Shown here: piece by piece, positions 35,267 to 43,067 of the stretch
Numbering within the stretch: position 1 is the stretch's first letter
How the letters are laid out: every line of letters begins with the position of its first letter
Assembly: GCF_013362815.1 (NCBI RefSeq)
Contig: NZ_JABFVK010000027.1
Location: forward strand, 7,140-71,139
Reading direction: 5' to 3'
Length of the DNA stretch: 64,000 bases
Source of the DNA: Hamadaea sp.
GTDB taxonomy: Bacteria; Actinomycetota; Actinomycetes; Mycobacteriales; Micromonosporaceae
Translations under genes and position numbers: made by a program
The notes under the pieces: generated by a model
What the model saw: only the letters and a program-made list of their open reading frames with translations
What the model was told of the DNA's origin: nothing
Databases searched by the model: none

Positions 35267-36682
35267 TTAGGAAGGAGTGTGTACCGTTCCTGCGACCTTC
35301 ATGTGCCTGGCCCGCCGGTCCAGCTCCCGGTGGTCGATCTTGCCGTTCGGCAGCGTCGGCAGCTCGTCGACCTGGATCAGCTGAGTCGGCAGAGCTGCGG
35401 CGGGCAACGCGGCCAAGAGGTGACGGCGTACGCCGGGGCGGTCGAGCGATGCGGCGATCAGGAACGCCACCAGGCGGCCGTTTGCGACCCCCACGGCGGC
35501 GTACGCGATGCCGGGCGCACTGGCCAGCGCGTGCTCGACCTCGGCTCGCTCGATCCGCATCCCGCCGAGTTTCAGCTGGTCGTCGCCGCGACCGTGGTAC
35601 AGCAGTGCGCCGTCGGGCCGCCGGGCCACCAGATCGCCGGTGCGGTAATAGGGCTCACCGTCCAGTGTGGTCAGTTCCACGGTATTCGGCTCGGCCAGGC
35701 CCGGGCTGCTGACGTGGAGCACGCCGTTGACGAGGGCGATGTGCGTACCGGGGATGGGGTGGCCGATCGGCACCGAGCGCTGCGTCGCGTCGCCGGGCTC
35801 GCATTCGTGGACGGTGCACCAGACGGTGCACTCCGTCGGGCCGTACTCGTTGAACATCCGGGTGCCGGGCAGTCGTGCGAAGTGGTCGCCGACCAGACCG
35901 GGCGGGCAGGCTTCGCCCGCCACGATCGCGGCACGCAAGCTCGACAACTCGAGTCCGCCACGTAGGGCGACGGCGTACAGGGACGGCACGAGCAGCAGAT
36001 GCGTCGGGTGGTACGCCCGCGCGGCGCGGCCGAGGGCGACGAGGTCGCCGGGCCGATCGCTCGGGATGTGGACGGTGCCGCCGCAGGCGAGCGTCCAGTA
36101 GATCCCCGCCACTGAGCTGTCGAACGAGATCGACGAACACAACAGGAAACCGCCGACCGGCTCGCGATAGTAGGCCAGCCGAGCGGCCGTCGAGTACGCC
36201 AATGCCGCCGACGAGATGGTCACCGGCTTCGGCGTACCAGTGGAACCGCTGGTGAAACAGGTGTAGGCGAGCCGGCCGCGGCGTGTCGTCCGTCCTTCAT
36301 AAAGCGAGGGCAGCGCGGTCAGGTCGATCGAAAGCAGGTCCGGCCGCAACGAGGGCAGTCCCGGTTCGGTGAGCACGACGCGAGCACCGGCGGCGTCGGC
36401 GTACTGCCGTTGCCGGGCGGGTGGAAAGGCGGCGTCGACCGGAACGTAGCGAGCTCCGGCTCGCAATGCGCCCAGCATGGCCACGATCGCCCAGCGCGAC
36501 AGTCGAGTGTGGACTAGCACGGGATCGCCTGCTGTCACCCCGTTTGCCACCAAGGCATGCGCGGCACGGGCGCTCAGATCGTTCAGCTCGGTGTAGGTCA
36601 GCTGCCCGCCGCGATCGGTCACCGCCACCGTGGGGCCGGGCAGGTGTGGCTCGACGAGGTCGAGGATGTGCTCGGGCCACAT
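35267..36682 (-). CDS. Stand-alone NRPS-type adenylation (AMP-binding) enzyme
   Basis: 471 aa. Motifs: LTYTELN, YTCFTSGSTGTPKP (A3), FDSS (A4, Asp retained), NEYGPTE (A5), YRTGD (A7), GRGDDQLKLGGMRIE (A8), PNGKID (A10). 1-nt stop/start overlap with the upstream C gene. Confidence 0.85.
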   Translation of the reverse strand: MWPEHILDLVEPHLPGPTVAVTDRGGQLTYTELNDLSARAAHALVANGVTAGDPVLVHTRLSRWAIVAMLGALRAGARYVPVDAAFPPARQRQYADAAGARVVLTEPGLPSLRPDLLSIDLTALPSLYEGRTTRRGRLAYTCFTSGSTGTPKPVTISSAALAYSTAARLAYYREPVGGFLLCSSISFDSSVAGIYWTLACGGTVHIPSDRPGDLVALGRAARAYHPTHLLLVPSLYAVALRGGLELSSLRAAIVAGEACPPGLVGDHFARLPGTRMFNEYGPTECTVWCTVHECEPGDATQRSVPIGHPIPGTHIALVNGVLHVSSPGLAEPNTVELTTLDGEPYYRTGDLVARRPDGALLYHGRGDDQLKLGGMRIERAEVEHALASAPGIAYAAVGVANGRLVAFLIAASLDRPGVRRHLLAALPAAALPTQLIQVDELPTLPNGKIDHRELDRRARHMKVAGTVHTPS

Positions 36683-37860
36683 CAGCGGACTCCCGCGAAG
36701 AGCGGCAACTGCCGCAGGTACGCCGAGATCAGCTCGTCGATCGTGTCGGCGGTGTACGCACCGGTGTCGTAGGTGACGATTCCGGCGCCACCGGGATGGA
36801 CGGTGAACAGCATCGGACAGCCCAGAACCACCGACGGCGGCGTCTCAGGCCCGGCCGGCACAGCAGTCCATTGTGGCTGGACGACCGGCGGGGTCATCGA
36901 CGGCCGGGCGACGAGCCGGAAGGCCGGGGCGGCTCGCGTACCGGCCAGCACGTCGAGCAGTCCGGGAACCTCGCCCAGCACCGGCACGAGCGGGATGTCG
37001 TCCGCGTACGCCTGACGGCAGGCCGCGTCCACCCGCCGGAGCAGCTCGGCGGGGTCGGCCGCGGTGGGGATCGACACCCGCATCGTCAGCACGTTGAGGA
37101 GGAAGCCGACGGTGTCCCACTCGGACGGGATCCGGCCCGGGGTGACGACCGGCAGCAGCGCCTCGGCGAAATGCCCGGCCGGATACAGCATCGCGGCATA
37201 CGCCGAAAGCAGCACGGTGAACGGGGTGCTGCGCGCTCGCCGGGCGCTGCCGACCACCGCCTGCCAGAGGTCGTCGCCGAGGCGGAACGGGGTTTCGGCG
37301 TACCTGCCGCTGACCGGATCGCACCCCGGGCGCTCGACCTCGTCGAGCCCGGCCAGCCGCGTACGCCATCGCGGGAGCACTTCCGCGATGCGCTCTTGCC
37401 ATTGCGGCGAACGATCGTCGTTCGCGATGTCTGCGTACTGCATGATTTTGGTGGAGAGCCGGTCCCCCCGAAGCCGAGCGTGGTATGCCGTGGCGATGTC
37501 CCGGGCGATCACCGCGACCGACCACGGATCGGCGGCGCTGTGGTGCGCGGCGAGATCGAGCCGGTCGTCGCGCAACCGAGCGCGCAGCGTGGGCAGCTCG
37601 GTGGCCGGGAAGGGATCGGCGTAGCCGTCGAAGCGCACGGGCTCGGGCGGCTGGACCCGGCTGCCGCCGGGCTCCCGGAGGCTGCGCAACGCCTCGTGCC
37701 GGGCCACGACGTCGCCGAGCGCGGCCCGCAGCAACTCCTCGTCGATCGCACCCGCGACCTGGAAGGACTGCTCGACGACGAACCGGTCGCCGGTGGTCCG
37801 GCCCGGAGCGTGCCGTTCCAGCAGATCGAGGAGGTCCTGGGCGTAGGTGAGCGGGTTCAT
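36682..37860 (-). CDS. Stand-alone condensation-domain protein (HHxxxD retained)
   Basis: Track ORF 36682..38559; start placed at ATG 37860 (ATGA overlap with the P450 stop). C1-like motif PLTYAQDLL; HHSAADPWS at 37525-37545. 392 aa. Confidence 0.65.
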   Translation of the reverse strand: MNPLTYAQDLLDLLERHAPGRTTGDRFVVEQSFQVAGAIDEELLRAALGDVVARHEALRSLREPGGSRVQPPEPVRFDGYADPFPATELPTLRARLRDDRLDLAAHHSAADPWSVAVIARDIATAYHARLRGDRLSTKIMQYADIANDDRSPQWQERIAEVLPRWRTRLAGLDEVERPGCDPVSGRYAETPFRLGDDLWQAVVGSARRARSTPFTVLLSAYAAMLYPAGHFAEALLPVVTPGRIPSEWDTVGFLLNVLTMRVSIPTAADPAELLRRVDAACRQAYADDIPLVPVLGEVPGLLDVLAGTRAAPAFRLVARPSMTPPVVQPQWTAVPAGPETPPSVVLGCPMLFTVHPGGAGIVTYDTGAYTADTIDELISAYLRQLPLFAGVR

Positions 37861-39062
37861 GCGACGACCACCATCGGAAGGTGCTTCAGTCCGGAGAGGA
37901 ACGCCGAGCGGACCCGAACCGGCGGCCCGGCCAGTTCGAGGTCGGACACCTCGGCGAGCAGTCGGCCGAACAGCAGCCGCAATGTGCGGCGCGCTATGTG
38001 CGAGCCGATGCAGTAATGCCGTCCACTGCCGAAAGCGAGATGCCGATTGGGCCGCCGACCAGGATGGAACCGGTCCGGCGCGTCGAACACCGCCGGATCG
38101 CGGTTGGCGGCGCTCAGCCAGGCCACGACCGGCTGGCCCGCGTCGATCTCCTGCCGGCCCAGCCGCACCGGACGGCGCGTGTGCCGCACGAAATGCATGC
38201 CGGGAGTGGCGAATCGCAACGCCTCCTCCACTCCGCTGTCGAGCAGGTCGGGCCGCTGCGCCCAGGCCCGGTACGAGCCGGTCGCCGCGAGGTGGGCCAG
38301 CACCGCACCGGGCACGCCGGGCAGCGTCACCGTCGCTCCGAGCAGCAGACTGTACGCGTTCGCGACGATCGCGCCGGCGGGCAGCGGAGCACCTTCGAAC
38401 CGCATCGTCACTAGTACGCTCACCAGGTCGTCCCCGGGTTGCCGCATACGTTGGCGAACCAGATCGGCGAAGTACGCGAACAGCTCCCGATGGCCTCGCC
38501 GCAACGTGGCGGTCACCCCGTCGGGCAGTCGGACGTCGGGATCGTCCTCGGCGGCACACATCTCGGCGAACTGCGTCAGCCGGGCCCGGTCCGACTCCGG
38601 TACGCCGAGCAGCGGGCCGACGGCGGCGAGCGGCAACTCACGGAACACTGCGGCCAGGTCGACGACCGATCCGGCCGAGCGTCGCACGGGTTCGAGGACG
38701 GCGTTCACCGCTTCGTCCACTGCGGACATGTGCAGGTCGACCGCCCGCGCATTCAGCGCCTGCTGCACCGGTGCCCGCATGTGGTCGTGCCTCGGCGGAT
38801 CGGTCGCGGCCAGCTGCCGCCCGGCGGCGGGATCGGGCCTTCCCAGGAGGTTGAGGAGCGTACCGCGCTCGCTGGTGAACGTCTCGTAGTCCGAGAGCAC
38901 CCGGTTGACGTCGGCGTACTTGGTAACCGACCAGAACCCGGGCCGGTCGGGCGTCGGCGGCTGCCAATGCACCGGGTCGGTCTCGCGCAAGTCGTGGAAC
39001 ACCGCGTGCGCCCGGCCTGACGCGTACAGGTCGGGGTCGGCGAGGTCGAGGAGGTCGTTCAC
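37857..39062 (-). CDS. Cytochrome P450
   Basis: Track ORF 37857..39260; start placed at GTG 39062 (GTGA overlap with the carrier-protein stop). EEALR (ExxR) and the haem loop FGSGRHYCIGSHIA. 401 aa. Confidence 0.85.
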   Translation of the reverse strand: MNDLLDLADPDLYASGRAHAVFHDLRETDPVHWQPPTPDRPGFWSVTKYADVNRVLSDYETFTSERGTLLNLLGRPDPAAGRQLAATDPPRHDHMRAPVQQALNARAVDLHMSAVDEAVNAVLEPVRRSAGSVVDLAAVFRELPLAAVGPLLGVPESDRARLTQFAEMCAAEDDPDVRLPDGVTATLRRGHRELFAYFADLVRQRMRQPGDDLVSVLVTMRFEGAPLPAGAIVANAYSLLLGATVTLPGVPGAVLAHLAATGSYRAWAQRPDLLDSGVEEALRFATPGMHFVRHTRRPVRLGRQEIDAGQPVVAWLSAANRDPAVFDAPDRFHPGRRPNRHLAFGSGRHYCIGSHIARRTLRLLFGRLLAEVSDLELAGPPVRVRSAFLSGLKHLPMVVVA

Positions 39063-39337
39063 GCCGACGCCAGCTCGGCGACGATGGTGGCGGCGAGTTC
39101 GGCGACGGTCGGCGTGAGGAACAGCGTCCAGGTGGGAACCTCGACCCCGAACAGCTGGTCGATCGCCAGTTGCAGCTCGGCCGCGAGCAGCGAGTCGCCG
39201 CCCAGCTCGAAGAAGTCGTCGTGTACGCCGATCGGCGCCACCTCCAGCCGGGCGGTCCACAACTCGGCGAGCTGTTGTTCGACCGGATCCCGAGGAGCGA
39301 CATACTCCGTGCTCAGGTCCAGCGCCTGGCGGTTCAT
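39059..39337 (-). CDS. Stand-alone peptidyl carrier protein (PCP / thiolation domain)
   Basis: Track ORF 39059..40135; start placed at ATG 39337 (ATGA overlap with the upstream stop). 92 aa with the phosphopantetheine site FFELGGDSLLA. Confidence 0.8.
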   Translation of the reverse strand: MNRQALDLSTEYVAPRDPVEQQLAELWTARLEVAPIGVHDDFFELGGDSLLAAELQLAIDQLFGVEVPTWTLFLTPTVAELAATIVAELASA

Positions 39338-40731
39338 CGGCGTACCCCCATCTCGTCCATCAGTAGGTCCGCGAGGAGTGTGTCGGGCGCAGTGACGAGC
39401 CGGTCGGCGGTCGCGCGGAACCGGGCCGCAATCCGCTCCACCGTGGCGACCTCGAACATCGCGGGGTCGTAGGTCACCCGGACGACGAACGAGGCGTACG
39501 GCTCCATGACCCAGAGGAAGTCCACCGGCATCACCGGCGTCTCCCGCACCACCGCCGGCGGTAACCCCAGTCGTCGATAGTGGACGGTGGCGTCCGGATC
39601 CTCGGACCGGGGGATGGGCCGGCACAGCTGCATCGGCGCGGGCACGACGTCGCGCGCTTCGAACGCCGCCTCGGCCAGCTCCGGCAGCTCCTCCAGAATC
39701 CGGATGAGCGGCACGTCGTGGCGCAGCGCTTCGGTGTTCACGTGGTGGACGTGCGCCGCCGCTTCGGCCACCGTCATCGTGCCGGACAAGTCCAGCCGCA
39801 ACACGTGGCCGTTGAGGTAGAAGCCGATGCCGTCCCAGTCGCCCGCACCTCGCCCGGCCGACAGCACCGGGACGGCGATGCGGGTCTGACCCGCGGGCCC
39901 GGCGTGCTCGGCGTGCTCGGCGTGGCCGGCTAGGGCGACGGCGTACGCGGTCAGCAGGAGAGTGAACTCGGTGGTCCGCAGCGTTCTCGCCCGCGAACGC
40001 AGGCCCGCCACGACCCCATCCGGCAGCTCGAACGTGTGCAGCGCCTTCTCCCCGACGGCTGCTTTCGGGGAAAGCGGGCGCGGGCGGTCGGCCGGGATGC
40101 CCACTCGGCGTACGCCGGAAAGCTGTTCGCGCCAATACGGCAGCGCCTCCTGGATGCGCTTCTCCCGTTCGGGCGCAGCCTCGGCGGTGGCGTGATCGGC
40201 GTACTGCGGAACGGGGGCGACCGAGGCCGACGTCCCCCGCCGCCGACGTTCGTACGCCGCGACGACGTCACGGATCGCGACCTGCATGGTCCAGCCGTCG
40301 GCGACCGTCCGGTGGATGAGCAGGATGAGGCTCGACACGTCCGGGCCGAACCGGACGAGGTCGGCGGCCATCAGCGGAACCCGGTCCGGCGGCAGCGGCC
40401 GGGTCAGCGCCTCGGCCGTGATCTCGGCGGTGATGCGCAGCCGTTCGTCGACCGTGGACGCAGTGGCGTCGTGAATGCGCAATGGCACCGGCGCGGGTTC
40501 GGCGACTCGCTGGAACGGGAAGCCCTCGTCCCGCACGACCAGCGTACGCAGTCCGCTGTGCCGCACGACCAGCTCGTCCAGCGCCTCCTGGAGGAGGTCC
40601 GGCGCGACCGGCCCGGTCAGCTCGTGCGCGCACCAGTTGACGAACCCGCCGCCGAAGACGCTGCCGCCGTCGTGCACGGCGAACGCGGCGAGCAGCTGCT
40701 GAGCGTAGGACAGGGGTGCTTCGGTGGTCAT
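39334..40731 (-). CDS. Stand-alone condensation-superfamily protein with degenerate active site (HRxxxDG)
   Basis: Track ORF 39334..40869; start placed at ATG 40731. C1-like motif PLSYAQQLL. The active-site position reads LIHRTVADGW (40294-40314), so the second His is Arg. 465 aa. Confidence 0.65.
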   Translation of the reverse strand: MTTEAPLSYAQQLLAAFAVHDGGSVFGGGFVNWCAHELTGPVAPDLLQEALDELVVRHSGLRTLVVRDEGFPFQRVAEPAPVPLRIHDATASTVDERLRITAEITAEALTRPLPPDRVPLMAADLVRFGPDVSSLILLIHRTVADGWTMQVAIRDVVAAYERRRRGTSASVAPVPQYADHATAEAAPEREKRIQEALPYWREQLSGVRRVGIPADRPRPLSPKAAVGEKALHTFELPDGVVAGLRSRARTLRTTEFTLLLTAYAVALAGHAEHAEHAGPAGQTRIAVPVLSAGRGAGDWDGIGFYLNGHVLRLDLSGTMTVAEAAAHVHHVNTEALRHDVPLIRILEELPELAEAAFEARDVVPAPMQLCRPIPRSEDPDATVHYRRLGLPPAVVRETPVMPVDFLWVMEPYASFVVRVTYDPAMFEVATVERIAARFRATADRLVTAPDTLLADLLMDEMGVRR

Positions 40732-40802
40732 CGGCAACTCCAAACTGCGTGTTTCGGGGCGCTGCGGTCGGGCGGTCTCGCGCTGGCGTTTCGGGCGGTC
40801 TC

Positions 40803-40864
40803 GCGCTGGATCACGGATCTGGGTCGTATTCCGGTCAAGATTCGGCCCGGAACCCTGATCCAGC
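40803..40864. repeat. Palindromic extragenic repeat, family 2 (copy B)
   Basis: GCGCTGGATCACGGATC...CAAGATTCGGCCCGGAACCCTGATCCAGC, 27 nt downstream of the reductase stop. It is preceded by a 19-nt direct duplication of its left flank (40768-40786 and 40791-40809). Confidence 0.7.
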
Positions 40865-40890
40865 ACCAAGAAAGCCGGCTCAAAAGAGGG

Positions 40891-41874
40891 TCAGGCTGCC
40901 AGCAGCCCACGGCTGGCGGCGAGGTAGTCGACGGTGGCTACGAACGCCTCCTCGAGCCGCCGGGTCGGCGGCGGATCGGCCAGCGTGGTCGGGAACGGGG
41001 GCACGTTGTCGAACAGCGATGCGAGTGCCATCAGGTTGGCGAACTTGCGACGCTGCGGTGCGGGCAGCGGATCGATGTACGCCGGACGTACGACCCGGTC
41101 GACCAGCGCCGGGCGGACGAACCGCGGTGGGTGCACGGTGCGGCCGAGGTGGGGTGCGAGCTCGGCGACCAGCTCGACCATGCGCCCGATCGTGAGCGCG
41201 GCCGGTCCGGCGGTGAGCCAGTGGTCGGTGACCCCGTCGCCGGTGCGAAACGCCAGGCCGAGCAGTTCGTCGGCGACGACGTCGCGGGGCAGGGCGTCGA
41301 TGACGGCGTCCTGCGCGAACGGCAGCACGGGCAGGAGGTTGCGCAGAACAGCATCCACTGTGGAGTGGAGGCCCTGAAATCGGCTCATCCGGCCGGTGCG
41401 GGCGTCGCCCATGACCACACCGATCCGGGCGATCGCGGCCGGAAGTCCGGCGGTGCGGACGAGCTCTTCGGCGGCGAGTTTCGTCTCCAGATACGCCTGC
41501 GCAAGTGGGGCGGCGGTGTCCCGGCGTACGACGAACGCCGTCGAGGCGAACACGACCCGGGCTCCGGCATCGGCGGCGAACTCCAGGACGTGCCGGGTGC
41601 CGTCCACGTTGAGCGCGCGGAGCACCTCGGCGGACGCGGTGAACTCGGTCGCCCCGGCGCAGTGCACGACCGTGCCGACTTCGCGGGTGAGCTGCGCGTA
41701 CTGGTCGGGGGCGAGGCCCAGGCGGGGTGCGGTGATGTCGCCGGCGACGGCTGCCGCGGCGACACCACCGCGATGCACCAATGCGACGATCCGCTGCGCC
41801 GGCCGCCCAACCGGCACCGTCCCCAGCACGGCCGCGCCCACGGCCCCGCTGCCCCCGGTCAGCAAAATCGTCAT
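40891..41874 (-). CDS. Stand-alone thioester-reductase-type SDR (NRPS R-domain-like, NAD_binding_4 type)
   Basis: Track ORF 40891..41976; start placed at ATG 41874. MTILLTGGSGAVGAAVL Rossmann start, then VHCAGATEF ... NVDGTRHVLEFA ... YLETKLAAE (YxxxK). 327 aa. Confidence 0.65.
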   Translation of the reverse strand: MTILLTGGSGAVGAAVLGTVPVGRPAQRIVALVHRGGVAAAAVAGDITAPRLGLAPDQYAQLTREVGTVVHCAGATEFTASAEVLRALNVDGTRHVLEFAADAGARVVFASTAFVVRRDTAAPLAQAYLETKLAAEELVRTAGLPAAIARIGVVMGDARTGRMSRFQGLHSTVDAVLRNLLPVLPFAQDAVIDALPRDVVADELLGLAFRTGDGVTDHWLTAGPAALTIGRMVELVAELAPHLGRTVHPPRFVRPALVDRVVRPAYIDPLPAPQRRKFANLMALASLFDNVPPFPTTLADPPPTRRLEEAFVATVDYLAASRGLLAA

Positions 41875-41958
41875 CGTGTGTGCACCCCCGATCGTGGGGC
41901 TCGCCGGCCGGCGGTCCCCGGGGTCGATTGTTAGCCGCGGCAGTTGATCGAGGTCAAC

Positions 41959-41974
41959 GCCGAACGCGTTCGGC
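41959..41974. promoter_or_regulatory. Perfect 16-bp palindrome GCCGAACGCGTTCGGC within a run of GCGTTCG-like repeats upstream of the reductase gene
   Basis: The palindrome lies 85 nt upstream of ATG 41874. CGTTCG(A/G) recurs four more times up to 42008. It could equally be the terminator of the upstream HTH gene (stop at 42031). Confidence 0.4.
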
Positions 41975-42030
41975 ATCGTTCGAAAGCGTTCGAGGTCCGC
42001 GTTCGGGCAGGTGAACTGGGGTGTGCGCGA

Positions 42031-42930
42031 TCAGATGCGATCGACTGCGAACAGCTGCGCGGGGTCGTCGGCCGAGCAGGCCGCGAAGACGACGGCGCGG
42101 GCTCCGGCCTCGGGGCGTACCGCGAGGCACTGTCCGAGTTCGACATTGCGGAGCAGATGCCCGCCGCCCGCCTCGCTCAGCGTGAAGAGCTGATGCTTGA
42201 CGTCCGTGCAGTAGCCGTCCGACGGCCGGTCGTCGTCCGCGACCGGATCCACGCCCATGCAGCCCTCCCCGAACTCCGGGTGGGAGGTGCGGAATCGGAC
42301 CGCGCCCCCGGCCACGGACTCGACTTTCAAGGTCGGGAACGCCTGCTCGCACGGCTCGATGAACAGATATCCGGTACTCCCGGTGTGTTCGCTCAGGCAG
42401 CCGGGGCCGGTCAGGGGGCGTACCCGGACGGTCGCGTTGGAGTCGGTGGGCACGGCGGCGGGCTTCTCCGGCGCCCGGTCCGTGGCCCACCAGGTCACGC
42501 CCGCGCCGGCGACTACGATCGCCGCCACAAGCGCCCATATGGATACGCGATTGAGTGGCAGGCGGTTCCAGCGACCAGCGACCGGGGCGTCCGGCGTGTC
42601 CGGGGAAGTCTCCGGCGACTCCGTCTCGTCCGCAGTGGACGGCGTGCTGGTGACGATCCGGCGGCGGGCGGCGAGCCAGACCGCGAGCTCCTCCCGGCTG
42701 CATCCGCAGGCCAGCAGCATCGCCGTCACGACCTCCTGGCGCGGCATGGTGTCCCGGTTGAGGGCGGTCGCCAGCGTGCTGATCGGCAGCGCGACGCCCT
42801 GCGCCCGGGCCCGTTGGGCGATCTGCCGATAGCTGAGCTCGGAGGCGACGCGTACGCGGCGGAGCAGGTCGACGAACTGGGCGGCGGAATTGGCGGAGGC
42901 GGGATCGATCCCGAGGTCGGTCATGCCCAT
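42031..42930 (-). CDS. HTH (XRE-like) regulator with one TM helix and a Cys-rich extracytoplasmic domain
   Basis: N-terminus FVDLLRRVRVASELSYRQIAQRARAQGVALPISTLATAL. A Ser/Pro/Thr linker follows, then TM helix IWALVAAIVVAGAGVTWW and a 150-aa domain with six Cys and a C-terminal QLF. Confidence 0.55.
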   Translation of the reverse strand: MGMTDLGIDPASANSAAQFVDLLRRVRVASELSYRQIAQRARAQGVALPISTLATALNRDTMPRQEVVTAMLLACGCSREELAVWLAARRRIVTSTPSTADETESPETSPDTPDAPVAGRWNRLPLNRVSIWALVAAIVVAGAGVTWWATDRAPEKPAAVPTDSNATVRVRPLTGPGCLSEHTGSTGYLFIEPCEQAFPTLKVESVAGGAVRFRTSHPEFGEGCMGVDPVADDDRPSDGYCTDVKHQLFTLSEAGGGHLLRNVELGQCLAVRPEAGARAVVFAACSADDPAQLFAVDRI

Positions 42931-42994
42931 GGCCCCTCACGATATCCGGCAGGTCGCGTGTGGACGAATCGGTCGTGGGTGGACGGACGCGAAG

Positions 42995-43032
42995 GGAGCC
43001 GCCGACGTCGCCAGGCCGACGCCGACGGCTCC
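42995..43032 (-). terminator. Imperfect stem-loop downstream of the dioxygenase gene
   Basis: GGAGCCGCCGACGTCG (42995-43010) pairs with CGACGCCGACGGCTCC (43017-43032) at 14 of 16 positions, 36 nt beyond the stop at 43068. Confidence 0.35.
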
Positions 43033-43067
43033 GTTCTTCTCGCGGTCCGCCTCCCCAGGTCAGATCG

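Noticed and set aside
35031-35270. 79-aa ORF (and its 23-aa ATG-initiated tail) in the large intergenic gap, considered as a possible precursor peptide for the NRPS/P450 genes
   Set aside because: It is on the opposite strand to the cluster. Third-position GC is visibly lower than in real genes, it has no Shine-Dalgarno sequence, and it starts inside a palindromic repeat.
37861-38559. Upstream in-frame extensions of several track ORFs (36682..38559, 39059..40135, 39334..40869, 4076..5761, 16725..19577, 15952..17922, 58384..59643, 59046..60662)
   Set aside because: In every case the extension overlaps a neighbouring gene that has clear motifs in another frame. The extension is also Arg/Pro-rich. 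A start codon overlapping the upstream stop (ATGA/GTGA) gives a protein that begins at the expected domain boundary.
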